In this document: positions 20,701 through 28,590 of the stretch, piece after piece | Layout of the letters: each line of letters starts with the position of its first letter | How positions within the stretch are numbered: the stretch's first letter is position 1 | Source of the DNA: Candidatus Atabeyarchaeum deiterrae | Lineage (GTDB): Archaea; Asgardarchaeota; Atabeyarchaeia; Atabeyarchaeales; Atabeyarchaeaceae | Reading direction: 5' to 3' | NCBI GenBank assembly: GCA_037310415.1 | Contig: CP147780.1 | Coordinates: 1,056,001 to 1,120,000 of the forward strand | Length of the DNA stretch: 64,000 nucleotides | The notes under the pieces: generated by a model | Seen by the model: the letters and a program-made list of their open reading frames with translations, nothing else | Told to the model about the DNA's origin: nothing | Databases searched by the model: none | Program-made: the position numbers and the translations under genes

Positions 20701-21885
20701 CTACAACTGTTTATTTGATAGTATCGTAACGCCGGCAACCGACCCTGTTCCACCTAGATTATGAGTTAGACCTATCTCAGCACCGCTGACCTGTCTTTTG
20801 TCTGCTTCATTTCTTAAATGCCAAGATATCTCGCAGATCTGTGCGATTCCCGTTGCTCCTATCGGATGCCCTTTGCTCTTCAGACCGCCACTCGGATTTA
20901 TCGGTATCTTTCCACCTATCTCGGTATTACCCTGTTCTATGAACTTTCCTCCTTCGCCCTTCTTGCAAAATCCTAAGTCCTCGGTGTCCAGTATTTCTGT
21001 TATTGTGAAGCAGTCATGAACCTCGGCTAGATTGATGTCTTCGGGTCCAATGCCAGCCATCTTGTAGGCCTCCTTACCAGCTTCAACGGTCGCATAGAAT
21101 GTTGTAAAGTCTGGTTTAGACGCCATATTGAAAGTGTCAGTGGCAAGCCCCAAGCCAGCGACGTAGACTGGAGCGTCGGTGTATTTCTTGGCAAGCTCGG
21201 CCCGTGTGATTATTACTGCTGCGGCTCCATCGGTGACGGGGCAACAGTCATAGAGTCCAAGTGGAGAGCATACCATTGGCGCCTTAAGAACATCCTCTAG
21301 CTTGATCGGCCTCTGGAAATGAGCATACGGGTCTAATGCCCCATTCTTGTGGTTCTTGACGGCCACGTAACCCATCTGTTGTTTTGTGGTACCAAAATCA
21401 TGCATATGTCTATTCGCGTAGAATGCAAATACGGCCGGCGCTGTCATCCCTCTTGCATAGATTGGATGCATTCCCCGAGCAACTACCCCTTGAAGTGATT
21501 CTATCGGGGGCACGTCGCGCATCTTCTCTACTCCAAGGGCCAAGGCAACATCATATGCCCCAGATGCGACTGCAAAGCAAGCATTTCTGAAGGAATCGGA
21601 GCCAGTTGCACAGGCGTTCTCTAGCCTTGATACTGGTCTTGGAAAGAATGAGAGTGGTTCTGCAAGGGAAGCTCCGGTTAGTATCTCGCGTTTTATTATG
21701 CTGCCTATGCAGGTACCGAGCCAAGCAGCTTGTATTTCCTTTTGATCCATTCCATTATCCACACTTTTAAGCGCGTTCAAGTATGCTTCGCTCATCATAT
21801 CCTCGTAACTCTTTTCGAATAATTCTCCGAACTTGATCATCCCAAAACCTACAACGGCGACTTTGTTCCTCATTTTCATCTTCAC
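20701..21885 (-). CDS. Thiolase, SCP2/archaeal type
   Basis: ENACATGS, EVHDCF, KGHPIGATG and HNLGG. Confidence 0.93.
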   Translation of the reverse strand: MKMKMRNKVAVVGFGMIKFGELFEKSYEDMMSEAYLNALKSVDNGMDQKEIQAAWLGTCIGSIIKREILTGASLAEPLSFFPRPVSRLENACATGSDSFRNACFAVASGAYDVALALGVEKMRDVPPIESLQGVVARGMHPIYARGMTAPAVFAFYANRHMHDFGTTKQQMGYVAVKNHKNGALDPYAHFQRPIKLEDVLKAPMVCSPLGLYDCCPVTDGAAAVIITRAELAKKYTDAPVYVAGLGLATDTFNMASKPDFTTFYATVEAGKEAYKMAGIGPEDINLAEVHDCFTITEILDTEDLGFCKKGEGGKFIEQGNTEIGGKIPINPSGGLKSKGHPIGATGIAQICEISWHLRNEADKRQVSGAEIGLTHNLGGTGSVAGVTILSNKQL

Positions 21886-21921
21886 GCTCCTATGTTGGAA
21901 ATCACGGATTCCAATTCTTTC

Positions 21922-22347
21922 CTACTTCTTGGCTTCCGTTGCTTCTCTAATCGGTTTTGCGCGGAAGCCGTATCTGAACAAGCCCTCGGCCTCACCAAAT
22001 CTTCTGAAGACCAGTTCTACAGGCATGTCTATCTTGACTTCCTCTGGCTTTGCCTGCGTCATGGACACCATTAACCTTGCTCCGTCTTCTGTGTCGACTA
22101 TCGTCATGATCGTGGGGGTCTCAAAACCTGGGGGCATAACATGTTCAACCGTGAACGTCACAACTTTTGCTCTTCTGCTGATGTTGTGATCTTCGAATCC
22201 CTCCGCGCTTGCGCACTTGAGGCAGATTCTCCCCATCTTCGGGAAGTTTATGTAACCACATTTCTTGCACTTCAGACCTACGAGCCTGTACAGTTGTGGG
22301 ATTTCTCTCCACAACATTGGAGAAGCGATCGACATTTTTAGTTTCAT
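21922..22347 (-). CDS. DUF35 Zn-ribbon/OB-fold thiolase partner
   Basis: CKKCG..CLKC followed by an OB-fold ending YGFRAKP. Confidence 0.9.
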   Translation of the reverse strand: MKLKMSIASPMLWREIPQLYRLVGLKCKKCGYINFPKMGRICLKCASAEGFEDHNISRRAKVVTFTVEHVMPPGFETPTIMTIVDTEDGARLMVSMTQAKPEEVKIDMPVELVFRRFGEAEGLFRYGFRAKPIREATEAKK

Positions 22348-22356
22348 TCCTCCTCT

Positions 22357-23400
22357 TCAAGGACTTGCCGATATTACTCCTTTCAACTTCGCATACTGGA
22401 TATAGTTTATTGTCTCCTTCGATTTCTGGAAATTCTTGATAGAGAAGAGTGCATTCTTCTTGGCTTCCGCAGTGGGCAACAACTTGAGGCTGATTGCATC
22501 ACTGCATCCGGCGCCGTACGACAGCAACATGATTCGTTCATTTGGTTTAGCTTGTTCAAAGACCTGCGCTAGACCTAGAAGTACGTACGCAGCTCCAGTC
22601 TCTCCGAAAACATTGAATGTGATTCCAGGCATCAAGTTTGGCATATCGAATCCGACTTTCTTCGAAGCATCTATACCTTTTGACGGATCGATGCCAAACG
22701 GTAGCATTTGCTGCACGACGTACCTGAAGTCCTTGGAAGTCTTCCCTAGTTTCTTAATTAGACCGCTGGCGGCTTCAACCACAGCCTTTGTGTAACCGTA
22801 CTCTCTTGCGAATCTATCGTCTCCGCTATCCCTTTCATATGCGTCGGCGCTTCTTCTCCACCTGTCTGCGAATTCATATGCAGAAGAGGTTGCGCCTTCG
22901 ATCTCCGCTATGGCATTCTCCTTACCAAGCATAACAGCGCCTGCTCCAGCGCCTGAATAGAATTCGAGCGTAGAACCTGGAGATCCCAGTAGACTGTCAG
23001 TTCCTATTACTAAGCCGTACTTGGCTCTGCCAGCGTTTATGAGATCCATGCAAGCCAACAAGGCAGAGGTTCCTGCCCTTGCAGAGCCGCCAAACTCCAT
23101 TAGCGTAGCTGAAGAGGGCACACCAATATGAGCGGCGATCGTCGTTGACACTGTCCTGTCAGCGTAAGGACTTGAGGTAGTTCCAACATAAACAGCCTCA
23201 ACCTTCTCTGGCGAAATACCAGAATGCCGAACAGCATTAGTAGCTGCCTCTGCAGCCATTGTGACTACATCCTCGTCTGTGCTCGGCACGGCCTTCTCAA
23301 CATCCATTAATGGTGGCGGATAGTTGCTTGCCTTCAAAATCTCGCTCAACTTTATTCTATAGCTCGGTACGTAAGTCCCTATACCTACTATGCCGACCAT
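22357..23400 (-). CDS. HMG-CoA synthase-family protein lacking the canonical catalytic Cys/His
   Basis: MVGI..YVPSYRI, DED..TMA, GAGAGA and SYGAG present; FGGSARAG in place of FACKAG. Confidence 0.8.
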   Translation of the reverse strand: MVGIVGIGTYVPSYRIKLSEILKASNYPPPLMDVEKAVPSTDEDVVTMAAEAATNAVRHSGISPEKVEAVYVGTTSSPYADRTVSTTIAAHIGVPSSATLMEFGGSARAGTSALLACMDLINAGRAKYGLVIGTDSLLGSPGSTLEFYSGAGAGAVMLGKENAIAEIEGATSSAYEFADRWRRSADAYERDSGDDRFAREYGYTKAVVEAASGLIKKLGKTSKDFRYVVQQMLPFGIDPSKGIDASKKVGFDMPNLMPGITFNVFGETGAAYVLLGLAQVFEQAKPNERIMLLSYGAGCSDAISLKLLPTAEAKKNALFSIKNFQKSKETINYIQYAKLKGVISASP

Positions 23401-23613
23401 GAAGTCCTCATCTCCCTTGGGAACAATCTTTGCGGGTATTGCTATGTAATTTCATCGTACTGTTCACCTTTTTAATCTTTACCAGAAACAGAGACTGTTC
23501 TCTAGTGATTTGAAATCAATGAAACGACAACTGTTAAGAATAACACACTTGAAATTCAGGACAAGAGCCTACCTTATCTCAACTTAAATCGGATCCGCTT
23601 AAACTGAAGGAGC

Positions 23614-23985
23614 CTATTGGCTGCTCTCCAAACGGCTCACGTAGTCTCTGTGATCGAGCATCGCTCTTATGGCTAGTGCTGCCGTCTGAGGTTCCTCGTA
23701 TACCGGGATGCCACCTTCTTGCCTAAGGTACCGCAAGACCCTGCTATCTTCATTGGCATGTATCGTTAATCCGATTATTGGCTTTCCGTATCTATGCTTA
23801 AGTTCCGCAAGCAGTTTGGCTTCATCCAGTTCTCGTTTTGTTCCCATCTCCGTTATGATCGTATCTTCTAAGACAACGGTGAAAGCTTCGAGTAACCCGA
23901 CACCTATGACTATCACGCAATCTATGTAGCCTTCTTTGAGAAGCGTTTCGGCGCATGTAGACACAACGCCTTCCCCGAAGGCTCC
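23614..23985 (-). pseudogene. Orphan 3' fragment (123 codons) of the acetate-CoA ligase alpha gene; left boundary of the island
   Basis: 96/111 aa identical to the C-terminus of 59789..61243 from GAFG onward; similarity stops abruptly at 23985. Confidence 0.92.
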
Positions 23986-24290
23986 GTTTTTGTTTGAGGA
24001 GCATTTTCTCGGCTCGGTTTTGTTTTTCCGCATTTTCTTTTGGTTCTTCACGCGCGTGAAATGCATGTTTTCTTGGGTGGTATTTGAAGTCCACGCGGGG
24101 CATTTTTCGGTGGTGCATTCTACGGTGCCGTAGACTGTTTTGCATGATTCTTCGGATTCTGTCTGGTTTTGCGTTTTTGTTGCAGTTTCGGTCTTGTTTT
24201 GCATTTTTCGGTGGTTCTCATAGCTTCTCCTTGCACGGATCTGTGGGTCGGCAGACGTGTGGAGTTTTGGCTCGGGGCCCGTGGTCGCCT
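23986..24290 (+). other. A-poor, T/G-rich non-coding tract with palindromes and a 15-nt direct repeat
   Basis: About 30 A in 305 nt by hand count; palindrome TTCACGCGCGTGAA (24047-24060); hairpin TCTACGG-tg-CCGTAGA (24119-24134); GCATTTTTCGGTGGT at 24100 and 24201. Confidence 0.75.
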
Positions 24291-24397
24291 TGTTAATGGG
24301 ATCGAAAGTATTGAATCTTGCGATCTTCAACAGACTTAAATACGTGGAATGTTGGAAGTATTTTCAATGCTAAAATTAGGAGGGTGAGAGAGGAAAA

Positions 24398-25075
24398 ATG
24401 TTGAAGCGTTCTAGTCGTCTAGCTTTGATAGTGGTTACGACTATTCTCGTTTTTTCGCTTTCGTTTGCAATGTCCGCTCGACCAGTGTCTGCGGGTCAGA
24501 CGTTCATTAATTCGGTTCGATTTGGGAATGATTTTGGTTACGGAAGGATCAACGTCGATCTCTACCGCCAAGGTACTGGATACAGTTTCAAGGTGACATT
24601 CTACTACGAGATATGGGTGTGCACAGACGTACGTTACTACCCCCAAACGGGACATATAGACAACCTGAGGCTGGGGGTCGACACTTGCAACGCGGCGCAC
24701 ACGCAATGGTACCACCAGCTATATTCTGGATTAGTGATGTTGACTGGGGTAGTTAACCAGTATTTTGAAATTGGTGGTACGCAGGTTGCCACTAAGTATC
24801 ATGATGGTGTGAAGTATACAGTCTACTACGGGACAGTGATCTTTGGACCGACCTATAATCCGTACAGTGGACAATACATCAACGCCTACATGATGTGGGG
24901 TGCATGGAATATCAACATGATATATTTCGAAATCATTGTGAGTATGAATTATGCCGAGCTTGCGAAAGATCAGAATGCGTTAATAATGGACTATTTCCGA
25001 GATCTGTACTCGAACGCGTACCAAGTTACGTACTTCCCGGACGTATTCTTCTTAGCTAACCCGCCCTGGCAATGA
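24398..25075 (+). CDS. Secreted Tyr/Gly-rich protein of unknown function
   Basis: Signal peptide MLKRSSRLALIVV..PVSA; GGAGGGTGA RBS; T-tract downstream. Confidence 0.75.
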   Translation: MLKRSSRLALIVVTTILVFSLSFAMSARPVSAGQTFINSVRFGNDFGYGRINVDLYRQGTGYSFKVTFYYEIWVCTDVRYYPQTGHIDNLRLGVDTCNAAHTQWYHQLYSGLVMLTGVVNQYFEIGGTQVATKYHDGVKYTVYYGTVIFGPTYNPYSGQYINAYMMWGAWNINMIYFEIIVSMNYAELAKDQNALIMDYFRDLYSNAYQVTYFPDVFFLANPPWQ

Positions 25076-25127
25076 ACACGCCGCAAATAAGTCGATTAGC
25101 ATAATCGAAACAAAGAGAGTCTGGAGT

Positions 25128-25148
25128 ATCTTCTCTTTTTCTTTTTTT
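25128..25148 (+). terminator. Oligo-T archaeal terminator candidate
   Basis: tcttctcttttcttttttt about 55 nt after the stop codon. Confidence 0.45.
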
Positions 25149-25526
25149 GGGTCTTCTTAAGACCGTATTGATTCTACGATAGTCGGAGAAGAGTTAGGTG
25201 ATGAGAGGACTTCTAGTGTTAACTGAGGGTATGTTCAACAATGCAGGTTGCGCCAGGTCAGGAATTCGTGGAGAAGTATGTTGAGAGGATGAATTCTCCT
25301 TGTAGTGTTTGAACTCTTGATTGCTGCTCTCTATTTTGCATTTAGAGGGGTAAGCTAACTAGTTTTGCCCTGGTGTTCTTGGGGCGTTTTTGGCGCTTGC
25401 TCTTCTTGGCTTGCCAGTTGCTTCTGTTAGAAGCGTTTGTCTGGAGTGCACTTTGTTCGTGGGACTATTTTTCTCTTGTTTACGTCCATCTGAGGCGACT
25501 TACCCTTAGTTTTTTTGTTTTGGCTC

Positions 25527-25696
25527 GGCGCCCTATGCCTTCGCCCTAAAAGAACAAGTGGCGTATGTTCGGATAACGTTCCACGTGCGCCTACTTTGTT
25601 CTTTTCCCCCTCGCCTCTCGGCTCGGGGTCGGGCTCAGGCAGGGCGCCTCGCAGTGTACGGTCAAATCACCTCTCTCTTTCGTTCGAGGTGATTTG
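25527..25696 (+). ncRNA. Structured leader: branched stem-loop plus RBS-sequestering hairpin
   Basis: Stems 25527-34/25641-48, 25548-57/25596-605, 25560-68/25583-91 (two G-U pairs), a side hairpin at 25607-28, and a perfect 11-bp stem 25663-73/25686-96. Confidence 0.65.
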
Positions 25697-25697
25697 C

Positions 25698-26828
25698 TTG
25701 TACAATAATGATGATTGTTCTCGTGGCTGTGGTTCCTTTGGGCGTCGAAGGTATTCGTTGAGGGTTGATGCTCTTTCCGCTGAGGAGTGGGCTTATCTTC
25801 GTGGCTTGTACCTCGCTGATGGGACTAAGCGTGTTACCTTCTGTCTTGGTGGAGATGAGGTGGAGTTGTCGCTGAAGCTTGTTGATATGCTAAACCGCGC
25901 TGGGTTGAAGCCGATTGTGAAGAAGGATCCAGATGAAGAAATGTTGCTTGTGTCCGCGTGGTCGTTGAGTCTCCTTGAGTTTCTGGGGCGCAAAGGCACT
26001 CTGCTGCATGATGTTGAGGCGCGGAGGAGGTTCTTCGAGGAGAACAGGCTGATGAGTGTTGGGCTGGGTGTTCCCTTCATTGCGGGTCTGATAGACGGTG
26101 ACGGCTTCTGTCAGGTGAGTGTTGTTGATGAGCTTGGTCCCTTCGGCAAGGTGAACAGGTGGAGGTGGGGGTTTGCTCAGAAGAAGTTGCCGTTTCTCCT
26201 CGACTACTTCAGGGAGTTCGTTGAGTCTCTCGCACTCAAGAGCGTAAGGATTCGTGTAATGAGGAATGGCGTAGTTGTTGCAGAGATTTGTCAGGCTGGC
26301 ATCAAGGCTCTACTCAAGGCTGGCATAGCCTCCCACTCAGTGAAGGCGAACCAGTGGGTGAAGAGGGTGGAGGAGCTTGACAAAACGAGTAGGCGAGTGA
26401 GCTATTTGACTTCTAATGAGGTTGCCGAGAAGCTGAGAGTAAGTAAGCCAACCGTGTGGCGCTGGCTCAAAACTGGAAAGATGCGATGTGCCCAGTGGAC
26501 TGCGAGGAGGCTGAAGAACGGCAAGGAGACCTATCTGTCGCATCGTTACATCCATGCGGAGGAAGTTGAGCGCGTGAGGTATGAACTTGAAGAGGAAAGA
26601 GCGCTATTGAAACAAGTCAGGGAAGATGGATACGTCAAGTTCAATGATGTGGCTAGAGTTTTGAACGTTCCGAAAACCACTCTGCGACGGTGGTTTCGGA
26701 GCGGAAGAGTGCAAGTTACATTAGTCCGAGGGCGCAATAGAGACCGCGGGTACTGGATGCCGAGGAAGGACGTTGAGCGCCTCAAGCGCCGGGTCCGCAA
26801 GTCTGAAGACTTTTTGAAACGTCGCTGA
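25698..26828 (+). CDS. Double-motif LAGLIDADG endonuclease-family protein with two C-terminal excisionase/MerR-type HTH domains
   Basis: AYLRGLYLADG and FIAGLIDGDG; YLTSNEVAEKLRVSKPTVWRWLKTG and VKFNDVARVLNVPKTTLRRWFRSG; TTG start after GAGGTGA. Confidence 0.85.
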   Translation: MYNNDDCSRGCGSFGRRRYSLRVDALSAEEWAYLRGLYLADGTKRVTFCLGGDEVELSLKLVDMLNRAGLKPIVKKDPDEEMLLVSAWSLSLLEFLGRKGTLLHDVEARRRFFEENRLMSVGLGVPFIAGLIDGDGFCQVSVVDELGPFGKVNRWRWGFAQKKLPFLLDYFREFVESLALKSVRIRVMRNGVVVAEICQAGIKALLKAGIASHSVKANQWVKRVEELDKTSRRVSYLTSNEVAEKLRVSKPTVWRWLKTGKMRCAQWTARRLKNGKETYLSHRYIHAEEVERVRYELEEERALLKQVREDGYVKFNDVARVLNVPKTTLRRWFRSGRVQVTLVRGRNRDRGYWMPRKDVERLKRRVRKSEDFLKRR

Positions 26829-27234
26829 GAATGTTGCACGGCAGATGCAACATGCTGCTAGTCGCTATCAACGCGTCTGGCTTGATGGGGTTTGTGGCTC
26901 CTATCTCCAGAAGTGTCCTTATACACCAGAATCATTGGATTTGTGAGCTTCTCGCACATTTTGACCAATACCAGAACTTGTTTTGTGAAAGACCAAGACT
27001 ACACAGAGAAGCTGAACAAGTTACGATGCTGGTTCAGAAAGTGCTCCAGAGTTTTGCGTAATGAAGTATTCTGGTCAATATGATACGAACTAGTTGCATA
27101 TTGCGAGTTTTCTGATTGGATTATGATTGGGATCATTTATAGATATGCAGGTTTATAGAGGATTGATTAGTCATTTCCTAGATGCTTGGCAATAGCGCAT
27201 TTAACATATCATCTGGTGATGGTACTACTGAACT

Positions 27235-28590
27235 TTGAATAGTGGTGGTGTGCAGATCGGAATGGGAGATTCTTCTCTAGCTTCCCAAAGTGGCCCTTGT
27301 ATGGAATTGATAGTGATCTCGCCAGAGCCTGCAATGTTTGAAAGGACAATCATGGTTGACACAAACTATTTGATGCAGGTCAATCAGGAAGACATTATGG
27401 AGATGTTGTTCAACCCTTGCTACGAGGACAAGTTTACTGAAGCTAGCAAACTGATAAAGAAGCAAATGATAAAACTGCTTCGAGACGTTGTCAACCGCAA
27501 ACTTGACTTATGTTTTACAAACCACATTGCAAGGGAATTTGTGTGTCGGCAATGCATGAAAAAAGGTCTAATCAAGATCTACATGAAGTACATTACGGTT
27601 TTGACCCCGAGAGAGGCATTTGAATCTGAGTTCTTGAACGTCTCTGCAGCCATCAATTCTCAAATCCCAGACCCTTTGGGAAAGGGTGAGATTAACGACA
27701 CGTATTCTTATATTCTGGCAGCATTGGCAGGATCGAAGTATTTTGTGACTGAGGACAAGCACGTTACGTCAATCTACAAGTATCTGGCTGGTATCAGAGA
27801 AGGAGATTCAAACCTCAAAGCCAAAGAAATCAAAAACGTGAACGAGACGTACAAGATACTCAATTCACAAGAAACTGCATTCCCGATCGATGATGTTCTC
27901 AAGGCGCTTTTTGGAGATCTTGGGTCATTGCCTGTTCCAATCAAGATTGGGAGCCTGGGGGATAGCTTGCCAAACGTATTGGATAAGGAGGATGTTTTAG
28001 TACGAATTCTCCGGTTTCTGCAAGAGATTGGTCACCTAAGGGCAAGTTCCGCGAAGGTCCCAGATGGTTGGGACGAATCGCTTGTAGAAAAGTCAAGACT
28101 GCGGATTTCGGCCGTGGCTAAATCAGTAGGCATATCAGATTTCGAAAAAGTAGATCCTAGTCGTTTTGGTGCGAAACTTAGGGAGAGAATTGCAGACTGG
28201 ACAGGAGAACCTTCGGATCAGCAATTGGCAGAGGATCTCGGCGGCAAGGTTAGTGATCTGCGGGCCATCATGTACAAGGAGGAGGTGGGATACATGGATT
28301 GGGAGGATCAGTTCTCTGCCGAGGAACCTGTGAAGGAGTTCAAGGTTGAATGCGGGAACTGTCGGAGCCATGTCGAGTTGGAGGCTTATTATGACGGCGT
28401 CGTAGAAGTTGATGATAGGGAGATGGGTACAGAGAACCTTCATGAGTGGTCTGGTGAAATTGAATGTCCATCGTGTGGGAATCTGTTGGAGGTTGTCTAT
28501 AGAGTTTGGGAATATCCTGTGATGTGTTTCAACACTGATGAGACAGAGTGCGAAGGCTGCAAATTGCTACCTGAGAAGAAATCAAGCTAG
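27235..28590 (+). CDS. PIN-domain protein with C-terminal Zn ribbon (start possibly later)
   Basis: IMVDTN..E..EINDTY..FVTEDKH acidic PIN pattern; CGNC..REMGTE..CPSCG..WEYP. Confidence 0.65.
   Translation: MNSGGVQIGMGDSSLASQSGPCMELIVISPEPAMFERTIMVDTNYLMQVNQEDIMEMLFNPCYEDKFTEASKLIKKQMIKLLRDVVNRKLDLCFTNHIAREFVCRQCMKKGLIKIYMKYITVLTPREAFESEFLNVSAAINSQIPDPLGKGEINDTYSYILAALAGSKYFVTEDKHVTSIYKYLAGIREGDSNLKAKEIKNVNETYKILNSQETAFPIDDVLKALFGDLGSLPVPIKIGSLGDSLPNVLDKEDVLVRILRFLQEIGHLRASSAKVPDGWDESLVEKSRLRISAVAKSVGISDFEKVDPSRFGAKLRERIADWTGEPSDQQLAEDLGGKVSDLRAIMYKEEVGYMDWEDQFSAEEPVKEFKVECGNCRSHVELEAYYDGVVEVDDREMGTENLHEWSGEIECPSCGNLLEVVYRVWEYPVMCFNTDETECEGCKLLPEKKSS

Noticed and set aside
23986-24330. N-terminal 115 aa of ORF 23614..24330 as real protein
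   Set aside because: It is the antisense of the A-poor tract, which has few stop codons by composition, and the sequence is low complexity. Only 23614-23985 is acdA-like.
25515-25697. Track start for the LAGLIDADG ORF
   Set aside because: This region is the structured leader; the RBS points to TTG at 25698.
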